From positions 992,001-1,056,000 of the forward strand of contig CBDCWI010000002.1 in assembly GCA_965223325.1 (NCBI GenBank): a DNA stretch of 64,000 bases, given 5' to 3'. A model generated the notes under the pieces. That model did not search any database and was not told the DNA's origin. It saw nothing but the letters and a program-made list of their open reading frames with translations. The position numbers and the translations under genes are program-made. Positions 17,843-26,387 of this stretch are shown in pieces; the first letter of the stretch is position 1, and every line of letters begins with the position of its first letter. The DNA comes from Candidatus Multivoradales bacterium. GTDB taxonomy: Bacteria > Acidobacteriota > Thermoanaerobaculia > Multivoradales > Multivoraceae.

Positions 17843-18448
17843 CTACGCCTTGGCGCTCGGGCGGGCGGACACTTCCTCGTGCCAGCGCTTCAGGTTCTGG
17901 TGCTCGTCGATACCGATCTTCGAAACACGCCCGAAGTCGATCCCGATGAGCGCCGTGATGTCGGCAATCGAAAACTCTGAACCCGCAATGAACGGGCGAT
18001 CGGCGACCACCCCATCGAGCCACGCCAGCCGCTTCTCGGCCTGGCGTCGACTGACTTCGGCGTACTCGGCGACCTGCTCCAAGCGCTCCTTGAAGAATGG
18101 ATGCCCGTTTCGAAACACCATCATGATCGGTATGGCCACCTCGTGTTCCATGCGCCGATTCCACATCTCGACCACTGCCCGATCCCGGGCGTCTCGTCCC
18201 ATGAGTGGCGGATCGGGGTGCGTCTCTTCGAAGTAGCGGCAAATGGCCACCGACTCGGCCAACCACGTCCCGTCGTCCATCTCGAGAATCGGCAGGGTGC
18301 CCATTGGGTTGCGCTCGATATAGGGCGAGCGCCGGTTCTCCATACCAGGCAGGTCGACCTGGACGGTGGGAACGTCGATCCCTTTCTCGGCTAGAAAGAT
18401 CCGTACACGGCGACAGTTGGGGGCGGTTTCGGCTTCGTGCAGTTTCAT
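17843..18448 (-). CDS. Glutathione S-transferase family protein
   Basis: 'APNCRRVRIFLAEKG', 'NPMGTLPILEMDDG..LAESVAICRY', 'FSIADI'. Start MKLHE (18448). Confidence 0.92.
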   Translation of the reverse strand: MKLHEAETAPNCRRVRIFLAEKGIDVPTVQVDLPGMENRRSPYIERNPMGTLPILEMDDGTWLAESVAICRYFEETHPDPPLMGRDARDRAVVEMWNRRMEHEVAIPIMMVFRNGHPFFKERLEQVAEYAEVSRRQAEKRLAWLDGVVADRPFIAGSEFSIADITALIGIDFGRVSKIGIDEHQNLKRWHEEVSARPSAKA

Positions 18449-18822
18449 CGTCTTCCTTCCTCGCGAACGCGCGACCCCTGGAGGGGGGCGCTGGTACCGC
18501 GTCGTCGTCCCGACCACCTGAGCTGTGGCGGCGAGCAGCGGCGTAACGGTCACGGGTCATCTGGTCACTTCGGAGCGAGGTGGACTCTACCGTGTCTCCC
18601 CTCAGGCCCCCTTCGGCGCTCGATTCTGGCCTTCTTCCGGCAACTCCTGTGGCTGCCGGGTCTTGCGCCTGGATTTGCTATTGCGCCATAATCGACCCTG
18701 CTCAGACCCCCCGGTCGCGAGCCTTTCAACGTCACGACGGTTTGCCTTCCCCTCCGCTCCCAAGCCCCAACCCGGGTTTTCCTGCCCAATCAACGCCTGC
18801 AATCCAAGTCCCGAGGTTCCCC

Positions 18823-19281
18823 ATGCGCAAAGCCGCCTCCCTTTCTGTCCGATCGGTTTCTCTCCTACTGATGGCCTTCGCTGGTCTCCTCCTGGCATCA
18901 ACATCCAGCGCCGCCGCACAGTGCACCGAGAGCGACACCGTGCGTTGCCTCCAGGACGGTCGTTTTGCCGTTGAAGTGGCATGGAAAGATCCCGACGCAC
19001 AGGAAGGTGCGGGCCACGTCGTCGACACCGGCCAGGTGGATTCCGATGACTCCGCCCTCTTCTGGTTCTTCACCGAGACCAACTGGGAACTGCTCGTCAA
19101 GATCCTCGACGGCTGCAATCTCAACGAGCGCTTCTGGGTCTTCTCGGCGGCGACCACCGATGTCGAGTACACGCTCACGATCACCGACACCGAAGCGGAC
19201 GAAACCCGAACCTGGAAGAACCCACTCGGCCAGCGCTCGGACGCGGTAACTGACACCGCCGCTTTCGCCACCTGCCCGTAG
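18823..19281 (+). CDS. Small secreted protein consisting of one Cys-bracketed domain of unknown function
   Basis: Signal peptide, then 'CLQDGRFAVEVAW..SDDSALFWFF..NWELLVKILDGC..FWVFSAATTDVEYTLTITDT..DTAAFATCP'. Confidence 0.8.
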   Translation: MRKAASLSVRSVSLLLMAFAGLLLASTSSAAAQCTESDTVRCLQDGRFAVEVAWKDPDAQEGAGHVVDTGQVDSDDSALFWFFTETNWELLVKILDGCNLNERFWVFSAATTDVEYTLTITDTEADETRTWKNPLGQRSDAVTDTAAFATCP

Positions 19282-19412
19282 GCAGCGAAGCGCCTGCCGG
19301 TTGCGACGCGCGCGGACGATCCCGTAGTCTGGCCGCCGCCCGCCCAGTTCGTTCTGGCTGCGGGCTGGAACGATCGAGAACCGGGGCAGCCGTGCGCCAG
19401 CGAGGGTAGGAC

Positions 19413-20111
19413 GTGAGCGATTCGAGCGATGAGAAAGCACTCCCAGTGGTCGGCGTTCTGGGTGGTACGGGGGCACTGGGTGGCGGCCTGGTCAGGCGCT
19501 GGGCGCGTAACGGCTACCGAGTGGTGGTGGGTTCGAGAACCACCGAGAAGGGTGAGGGAGCGGCAGCCGAAGTGATCGCCGAGCTCGGCGCGGAGGACAT
19601 CGCGGCCGACGTCAGAGGAACCGACAACCCGAGCGCCGCAGGAGCAGCCGACGTCGTCGTGCTCACGGTTCCGTTCGCCCATCAGAAGCCAACGCTCGAA
19701 TCGGTGCGCGCAGAACTCGCCGGCAAGATCCTGGTCGACTGCACGGTCCCCCTGGTGCCGCCCAAGGTGGCACGCGTCCAGCTACCGCCCGAAGGCAGCG
19801 CCGCAGTGGCGGCGCAGGAGTTCCTGGGCGACGAGATCCGGGTTGTATCGGCTTTTCAGAACGTGGGCGCTGAACATCTGCGTACCGAAGATGCAGTGCA
19901 TTGCGACGTGCTGGTGACCGGCAACAGTAAAGACGCGCGCGCTGAGGTCATTGAGTTGGTGCGCGGGGCGGGGCTCGACGGTTGGCATGCCGGGGCGCTG
20001 GTCAACTCGGCCGCCACCGAAGCGCTGACCTCGGTGCTCATCTTCATGAACAAGCGCTACGGTATTCATGGCGCCGGCATCCGGATCACCGGCGAACCCA
20101 CCAAGAGCTGA
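19413..20111 (+). CDS. npdG: NADPH-dependent F420 reductase (F420H2:NADP+ oxidoreductase)
   Basis: 'GGTGALGGGL', 'VGSR', 'VLTVPF', 'VDCTVPL', 'GSAA', 'VVSAFQNV', 'AGIRITG'. Confidence 0.92.
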   Translation: MSDSSDEKALPVVGVLGGTGALGGGLVRRWARNGYRVVVGSRTTEKGEGAAAEVIAELGAEDIAADVRGTDNPSAAGAADVVVLTVPFAHQKPTLESVRAELAGKILVDCTVPLVPPKVARVQLPPEGSAAVAAQEFLGDEIRVVSAFQNVGAEHLRTEDAVHCDVLVTGNSKDARAEVIELVRGAGLDGWHAGALVNSAATEALTSVLIFMNKRYGIHGAGIRITGEPTKS

Positions 20112-20130
20112 GGAGGGGCAGAGCCTGTCG

Positions 20131-20907
20131 ATGGACCGACTCGAACTGCTGGCGGTCCCTGGCCTGCCCCTGGTCGAGGCGGGTGACGACCTGGTCACAT
20201 TGATCAGCGAAGCGCTCGCCCGTTCAGCCGCCGAAGAAACCGGCCTGGAGCTACGAAGTGGCGACATCGTCATCGCGGCGCAAAAAATCGTCTCGAAAGC
20301 GGAGGGCCGGTCGGTCGACCTCCGCTCGGTCGAGGTCTCTCCTGAAGCAGAGCTGCTGGCGCGCGAGGTCGACAAAGATCCCCGGCTGGTCGAGCTGGTG
20401 CTCTCTGAGTCCCGTCGCGTGGTGCGCAAGAAGCCCGGCGTTTTGATCGTCGAACATCGGCTGGGCCTGGTACTCGCCAACGCCGGCATCGATCGTTCGA
20501 ACATCGACGGAGCGAACGAAGAGCGGGTGCTGCTTCTTCCGATCGACCCCGACCGAAGCGCCGAGAATCTGAGAGAAGGCTTGGAGCGCGCCGTCGGAGT
20601 GCAGGTTGCGGTGATCGTCAACGATTCGCTCGGTCGGCCGTGGCGCATCGGCACGACGGGCACCGCGATCGGCGTGTCAGGGCTTCTGCCGGTGCGCGAT
20701 CTGCGCGGCGACAAGGACCTCTTCGGCCGGACGCTCGAAGTGTCGGAACAGGCCTTCGCCGACGAGCTGGCGGCGGCGGCATCGATCCTTCAAGGGCAGG
20801 CGGCGGAAGCCACTCCGGTGGTCATCGTGCGTGGCTACGGTGACTTTGGCGCATCGGCCCCGGCCACCACCATCGTGCGCGATCCCGAACAGGATCTCTT
20901 CCGGTGA
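20131..20907 (+). CDS. cofE: Coenzyme F420-0:L-glutamate ligase
   Basis: 'GLPLVEAGDDL', 'QKIVSKAEGR', 'ANAGIDRSN', 'LLPIDPD', 'DSLGRPWRIG', 'ADELAAAA'. No C-terminal nitroreductase domain. Confidence 0.95.
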   Translation: MDRLELLAVPGLPLVEAGDDLVTLISEALARSAAEETGLELRSGDIVIAAQKIVSKAEGRSVDLRSVEVSPEAELLAREVDKDPRLVELVLSESRRVVRKKPGVLIVEHRLGLVLANAGIDRSNIDGANEERVLLLPIDPDRSAENLREGLERAVGVQVAVIVNDSLGRPWRIGTTGTAIGVSGLLPVRDLRGDKDLFGRTLEVSEQAFADELAAAASILQGQAAEATPVVIVRGYGDFGASAPATTIVRDPEQDLFR

Positions 20908-21881
20908 GGCGCACGGGGGAGAGAAGCCACAGGAGTCGGGTGCTGGCACTTTCGGGTGGTGTTGGAGGCGCGAAGCTCTGTACCGGCCTGGCTGCCGTTC
21001 TACCACCCGAAGAGCTCACGATCGTCGCCAACACCGCCGACGACTTCACGCACTGGGGCCTCCACATCTCTCCCGATCTCGACAGCGTGATGTACGCCCT
21101 CGCCGGGCGCAACGACCGCGAGCGCGGCTGGGGCTTGGCCGGCGAGAGCTGGCGAGTGCTCGAGGCGATGAAAGAGCTCGGGGCCGACGACTGGTTTCAG
21201 CTCGGTGACACCGACCTGGCGACTCACCTGCGGCGCACCGAAATGTTGCGCCACGGGTCGACCCTCGGCGAGGCGACGGAGCATCTCGCTCGTTCCCTCG
21301 GCGTTGCCTGCCAGCTGGTGCCCATGAGCGACAACCCCATTCGTACCCGCATCCACACCAACGACGGCCGGCGGCTCGACTTTCAGCACTGGTTCGTACG
21401 CGAGGCTTGCGAGCCGATCGTCGAGGCCGTTTCGTTCGACGGTGCTCCGGAGGCGCTCCCCAACCCGGTCTTCGCCGAAGCGCTCGCCGCGCCCGACCTT
21501 CGGGGAGTCATCATCTGCCCATCGAATCCGCTGGTGAGTATCGACCCGATTCTCGCCATCCCCGGGGTTCTGGACGCTCTGCGCGAGTCCCGAGTTCCGG
21601 TCGTCGCCGTGTCCCCGATCATCGGTGGCGAAGCCGTCAAGGGACCGGCCGCCCGCATGCTCGAGCAGCTCGGCCAACAAGTCTCGGCCCTCGGCATCGC
21701 CCGCCACTACCGGCGCCGCCAGCTTCTGGATGTATTGCTGATCGACGAGGTCGACCGTGACCTGGCTGCAGCCATCGAAGCGGCGGGCGCCCGGCCGGTG
21801 GTCTGCAACACGCTGATGAGAAGTGAGGCCGACCGCCGAGAGCTCGCGCGCCGGGTTTTGGCGGCCCTCGAGACGGGCTGA
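20904..21881 (+). CDS. cofD: 2-phospho-L-lactate (phosphoenolpyruvate) transferase
   Basis: 'ALSGGVGGAKL', 'ISPDLDSVMY', 'WFQLGDTDLATH', 'PSNPLVSIDPIL', 'VKGPA'. Confidence 0.95.
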   Translation: MRRTGERSHRSRVLALSGGVGGAKLCTGLAAVLPPEELTIVANTADDFTHWGLHISPDLDSVMYALAGRNDRERGWGLAGESWRVLEAMKELGADDWFQLGDTDLATHLRRTEMLRHGSTLGEATEHLARSLGVACQLVPMSDNPIRTRIHTNDGRRLDFQHWFVREACEPIVEAVSFDGAPEALPNPVFAEALAAPDLRGVIICPSNPLVSIDPILAIPGVLDALRESRVPVVAVSPIIGGEAVKGPAARMLEQLGQQVSALGIARHYRRRQLLDVLLIDEVDRDLAAAIEAAGARPVVCNTLMRSEADRRELARRVLAALETG

Positions 21882-21937
21882 GCCGGCGCGCTCGGACGCC
21901 GCCTCACTGAAAGAGTCCCTCGACCCCAGAATGCCTC

Positions 21938-21946
21938 TGGTAGAAT
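21938..21946 (+). promoter_or_regulatory. Extended -10 promoter candidate upstream of cofC-fbiC
   Basis: TGGTAGAAT (TGn + TAGAAT) in the 158-bp cofD-cofC gap. Confidence 0.4.
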
Positions 21947-22039
21947 CTCGCTTCCTCCCCGTCTGTAGGGAACACCGGTTCCACCCCGTTCGAAGGGCAG
22001 CTCACCGTCACGCGTCCAGACGGCCGCGAGGAGTTTCGT

Positions 22040-22873
22040 TTGTCGCCTGCCCAATCTTCCAGGCCCTCCCTTGCCGATCAACACTGCCTGGTGGTTCCTG
22101 CCAAGGCTCTCCGCCAGGCCAAGAGCAGGCTCGACCACCTGGCCCTCCATGAACGGCAGCGACTGGTGCGCGCCATGCTGCTCGACGTGCTCGCGGCTGC
22201 ACAAAAAGCGCGCCGCGTCGACCGAGTGTTCGTCCTCACCGACGACCGTCACCTCGCCCGCGATCTCCCCGAAGGCTCGGCCGAGGTTCTACTCGAGAGT
22301 CGCCTGTTCGAGCGGGTGGACATCAAAGAACCGGCCGTCGCCCCAGGAGGAACCGAAGCTTCGGAGGCCAACCTGAACCGCGCCCTTCTCGCCTTCAACC
22401 ACTGGCTGAGCCGCAACGGCGCGCGCAGCGTGATGATTCTTCCCGGCGACCTGCCGCTGGTGACCGCCCGCAACATCGACCGTTGTCACCAACAGCTGGA
22501 CGAAGCCGGCGCTGGCCCAGCGGTCGTGCTCACACCCGATGCGGCCGGTTCGGGCACCAACGCCCTCATCCTGCAGCCACCCTCGGTCATCGAGCCAGCC
22601 TACGGCACAGACAGCGCCCAAAAACACCGTAAGCGGGCGAAGGAGCGCGGCGTCCATCTGAGCGTTTGGGAAGATCCCCACCTCGCGTGGGACGTCGATA
22701 CGGCGCCCCAGCTGAACCGACTGCTAGAACAGGGCGAACGAGGTCAGGTGTCGGCAGGTCGACACACCGCCACCGCTTTAGAGCTGCTCGGTGACCGCCA
22801 GGACCAGGCTTCGCATTCGGGTTCTCTTCTGCGCAGTGCCATTGCACAGGCGGCAGGTGGAACGCAGTCATGA
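22040..22873 (+). CDS. cofC: 2-phospho-L-lactate/PEP guanylyltransferase
   Basis: 'VVPAK..AKSRL', 'AMLLDVL', 'LNRAL', 'PGDLPL', 'GSGTNAL', 'YGTDS..H', 'DVDT'. Confidence 0.92.
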   Translation: MSPAQSSRPSLADQHCLVVPAKALRQAKSRLDHLALHERQRLVRAMLLDVLAAAQKARRVDRVFVLTDDRHLARDLPEGSAEVLLESRLFERVDIKEPAVAPGGTEASEANLNRALLAFNHWLSRNGARSVMILPGDLPLVTARNIDRCHQQLDEAGAGPAVVLTPDAAGSGTNALILQPPSVIEPAYGTDSAQKHRKRAKERGVHLSVWEDPHLAWDVDTAPQLNRLLEQGERGQVSAGRHTATALELLGDRQDQASHSGSLLRSAIAQAAGGTQS

Positions 22874-25437
22874 GCATGATCAGCGAGCAGCTGCACGAGT
22901 TGTTGAGGGCGCTCGAAGAAAGCGCACCTCTTGAAACCTCAGCCGGCGGTTCGGCCTCGCTATCGGAGGACCAGTCGCTGGCGCTCTCAGAAGTCACCGA
23001 TACAGAGGCGCTCTGTCGAACGGCGCGCACCCTCCGTGACCGTGCTCACGGCGACCTGATCAGCTACTCCCGGAAGGTCTTTCTGCCGCTCACCCATCTC
23101 TGTCGCGACATCTGCCACTACTGCATCTTCGCCCAGCCGCCCAAACCAGGCGAGGCGGCCTACATGTCACCGGAGGACGTGCTTTCCGCAGCTCGCGACG
23201 CGGCAGCGGCAGGTTGTAAGGAAGCTCTCTTTACCCTCGGTGATCAACCCGAACTACGCTGGAGCGCGGCGCGCGAGGGCTTGAGAGAGCTCGGGCACAC
23301 CACGACCCTCGAGTATCTGGCCGAAATGGCGGCCAGGGTTCACGCCGAAACCGGGCTCTTGCCTCACTTGAACCCAGGCCTGTTATCGGCCGCGGACTTC
23401 GCTGCTCTCCGCCCTACCGGCCCGTCGATGGGCATCATGCTCGAAAGTGTCTCGAGTCGACTGATGGAGAAAGGCGAGGCGCACTACGGCTGCCCGGACA
23501 AAGACCCCGAGCGTCGTCTCGCAACCTTAGAAGCGGCCGGCGAGGCGGCCGTGCCCTTCACCTCGGGCATTCTGATCGGCATCGGAGAAACCCGTCGTGA
23601 GCGCATCGAGGCGCTGCTCGCCCTGCGCGCGTTGCACAACCGCTACGGGCACATCCAGGAAGTCATCGTGCAGAACTTCCGTGCCAAACCGGAAACGCGG
23701 ATGGCGAACCATCCCGAGCCATCGCTCGATGACCTTCTGTGGACGATCGCCGTCGCCCGGCTCGTTCTCGGCGCGGAAATGAACATCCAGGCCCCTCCCA
23801 ACTTGAGCCCCGGAGCTCTGGGTCGACTGGTCGATGCGGGTCTCAACGACTGGGGAGGTGTCTCGCCGGTCACTCCCGACTTCGTCAACCCCGAAGCACC
23901 CTGGCCGCACCTCGACCGGCTCGCCGAGGAGACGAGGCGCGCCGGCAAGATTCTGGTGGAGCGTTTGACGATCTACCCGCGCTACGTGCAGAACCTCGAG
24001 CGTTGGGTCGACAAGGGGCTGCACACCACAGTTCTTCGTGCCTCCGATGCCCAGGGCTTCGCCCGCGACAGCCGCTGGAGCCCTGGTGAGGGTCACTTGC
24101 CGCCGCCTGAGCTGGTTTCTTCCGCCACTCACATGAGCGAAGCGCCGGCCCTCGTCTCCTCGAGCGGTCGCGCCCTTGCCAAGGCCATTGATGCGGCAGG
24201 GAGCGGCCGTGAACTCAGCGAGCAGGCCGTCGTACGCCTGCTCACGGCGCGCGGGGACCATTTCGCAGCCACCGTCCAGGCGGCCGACCGCCTGCGCCGG
24301 GCGACCGTCGGCGACACGGTGCGCTACGTCGTCAACCGCAACATCAACTACACCAACGTCTGCTACTTCAAGTGTCGCTTTTGCGCGTTCTCTAAAGGCA
24401 AGCAGTCGCTCAACCTGCGCGGCAAGCCCTACGACCTCGGCCTCGACGAAATCGCCCGTCGCTGCGAGGAAGCCTGGTCGCGTGGCGCGACCGAAGTCTG
24501 CATGCAGGGCGGCATCCACCCGCAGTACACCGGTAAGACCTATCTCGATACTTGCCGGGCGGTCAAAGGGGTGACGCCGGACATGCACATTCACGCCTTC
24601 TCTCCGCTCGAGGTCTGGCAAGGTGCGGCGACTCTGGGAGTCTCGCTCGCAGACTTCCTGGCGCAGCTGCGCGAGGCTGGGCTCGGAACGCTCCCCGGAA
24701 CCGCGGCCGAGATTCTCGACGATGAGGTCCGCCGGGTGCTCTGTGCCGACAAGATCCGGAGCGAACAGTGGCTAGAGGTCATGCGCACCGCACACGGGCT
24801 GGGCATTCGCACGACCGCGACGATCATGTACGGCCACATCGAGCGGCCCGAACACCAAGCAAGGCACATCCTGCGCATTCGCCGGTTGCAGGATGAAACG
24901 GGCGGCTTCACCGAGTTCGTCCCGCTGCCGTTCGTTGCGATGGAAGCGCCGATTTACCTCGAAGGCCGGGCACGGCGCGGCCCGACGTTTCGAGAGGCGG
25001 TTGCGCTTCACGCCGCGGCACGCCTCGCCCTCCACCCGGTGATCGAGAACATTCAGGCGTCGTGGGTCAAGATGGGCCCCGCAGGCGTCGCCGCCTGTCT
25101 CGACGCCGGTGCCAATGATCTCGGCGGTACGCTGATGAACGAGAGCATCACCCGAGCCGCCGGCGCCGAGTTCGGCGAAGAGCTGCCACCCGAAGACATG
25201 GACCGGCTGATCACCAGCCTCGGTCGGCAAGCTGAGCAGCGCACCACCCTCTACGATAGTCCCTCCAGGGAACAACAAAACGCGTCTTACGGCGCGCGGA
25301 CCCTCACGCCGCTCGTGCTGCCGACTCCGCGCCGGCGCGAGAGCGACGAGCCATCCGGCCAGCGCGCCGGACATCACCTGATCAGACCGGGAATCGACGG
25401 CGCAGGAGAGAGCACGGACGGCGCCGTGGACGGCTAG
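22870..25437 (+). CDS. fbiC: Bifunctional FO synthase (CofG-CofH fusion, two radical-SAM domains)
   Basis: CRDICHYC and CYFKCRFC radical-SAM motifs, 'IQAPPNL', 'VNRNINYTN', 'GTAAEILDD', 'GGTLMNESI'. Confidence 0.96.
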   Translation: MSMISEQLHELLRALEESAPLETSAGGSASLSEDQSLALSEVTDTEALCRTARTLRDRAHGDLISYSRKVFLPLTHLCRDICHYCIFAQPPKPGEAAYMSPEDVLSAARDAAAAGCKEALFTLGDQPELRWSAAREGLRELGHTTTLEYLAEMAARVHAETGLLPHLNPGLLSAADFAALRPTGPSMGIMLESVSSRLMEKGEAHYGCPDKDPERRLATLEAAGEAAVPFTSGILIGIGETRRERIEALLALRALHNRYGHIQEVIVQNFRAKPETRMANHPEPSLDDLLWTIAVARLVLGAEMNIQAPPNLSPGALGRLVDAGLNDWGGVSPVTPDFVNPEAPWPHLDRLAEETRRAGKILVERLTIYPRYVQNLERWVDKGLHTTVLRASDAQGFARDSRWSPGEGHLPPPELVSSATHMSEAPALVSSSGRALAKAIDAAGSGRELSEQAVVRLLTARGDHFAATVQAADRLRRATVGDTVRYVVNRNINYTNVCYFKCRFCAFSKGKQSLNLRGKPYDLGLDEIARRCEEAWSRGATEVCMQGGIHPQYTGKTYLDTCRAVKGVTPDMHIHAFSPLEVWQGAATLGVSLADFLAQLREAGLGTLPGTAAEILDDEVRRVLCADKIRSEQWLEVMRTAHGLGIRTTATIMYGHIERPEHQARHILRIRRLQDETGGFTEFVPLPFVAMEAPIYLEGRARRGPTFREAVALHAAARLALHPVIENIQASWVKMGPAGVAACLDAGANDLGGTLMNESITRAAGAEFGEELPPEDMDRLITSLGRQAEQRTTLYDSPSREQQNASYGARTLTPLVLPTPRRRESDEPSGQRAGHHLIRPGIDGAGESTDGAVDG

Positions 25438-25444
25438 AGACCAC

Positions 25445-26224
25445 CTACGACCCGCGAATGTCAGAGGGCAGCGGTGCTCGCGCTCCGAGAATGTCGCCGG
25501 AGATCTTGAGCAACTGCTCGAGCGAGTACGGGCAACGCACATCGGCCCCGGTGTGCGCGTCCCACTCCTCGGCCGCTCCGACGCGCATGCCAGCAGTGAT
25601 CGCGTCGGCCTCAGCCTGCGCCGCACGAAACCCTCTCGCGGTGGTGGCGAGAGTCGTAGCGAGCACTCCACGGCGAAGGAGGGTGCGCACCGAGTAGTTG
25701 ACGTAGCTCGCGCCGTCCGCATCTTCAACCACATAGGCCCAGCTCATCCGATGCTTCTCCGGATCGTGACGTGGGATGGCCGCCCAGCGCGTCACCGTCA
25801 GTGGACTGCGCGAGATCCGACGACGGTAGCGGTTGCTTCCACCCGTCGCCTCGCGGATGCCCTGCAGAAACGCATCGCTGTCGATGACCGTCTGTTGGGT
25901 GTCGAAGACCAGCCCCACGGCATCGAACTCGAAGGTCAGAACCCACGGCCCGTCCTCCGTGTGGCCCGTCACAATGCCGACCTCGAGACCACTCGGCGGG
26001 TTGCCCGCCGACTCGAGGAGGAGCTCGGCCGTTTCGCGATCGGCGAACAGCTGTTCGGGGCCCAGCGAAAAAACGGTGTTGGTTCCGCGCAGGGCGACTT
26101 CACACGGCCCCGTCAACCAGCTGTCGGAGTCGGTCTCCTGCAGCAGGGTCGAGGGACCGAGGGCCGGCATCAAAAGCCAGCGTGAGACCAGGCGTGAGAT
26201 CCGCGAGGCACTGAGAGCAATCAT
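25445..26224 (-). CDS. Divergent DUF2167-like protein
   Basis: 'FDAVG..D..IDSDAFLQGIREAT..N..R', 'RWAAIPRHD..HRMSW', 'VNYSVRTLLRRGVL' resemble DUF2167. Start uncertain. Confidence 0.55.
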   Translation of the reverse strand: MIALSASRISRLVSRWLLMPALGPSTLLQETDSDSWLTGPCEVALRGTNTVFSLGPEQLFADRETAELLLESAGNPPSGLEVGIVTGHTEDGPWVLTFEFDAVGLVFDTQQTVIDSDAFLQGIREATGGSNRYRRRISRSPLTVTRWAAIPRHDPEKHRMSWAYVVEDADGASYVNYSVRTLLRRGVLATTLATTARGFRAAQAEADAITAGMRVGAAEEWDAHTGADVRCPYSLEQLLKISGDILGARAPLPSDIRGS

Positions 26225-26286
26225 GATGGGCGATCGAAAAGGTAAGAGAAAAAGGCAGTCTCTCAAGAGAAAGACTAGTTATACAT

Positions 26287-26295
26287 ATTATAGCA
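26287..26295 (-). promoter_or_regulatory. Extended -10 promoter (TGCTATAAT) upstream of the DUF2167-like gene
   Basis: Consensus TGnTATAAT on the minus strand within an AT-rich patch (about 26230-26320). Confidence 0.55.
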
Positions 26296-26387
26296 TGATG
26301 TGCATACAATCGAAAGCCAACCGTTGATCACTCCCTGGCCGAAGCCGTAAACAGGGCGCAAGAAAGTGTCTGACACCTTCACGCTCG

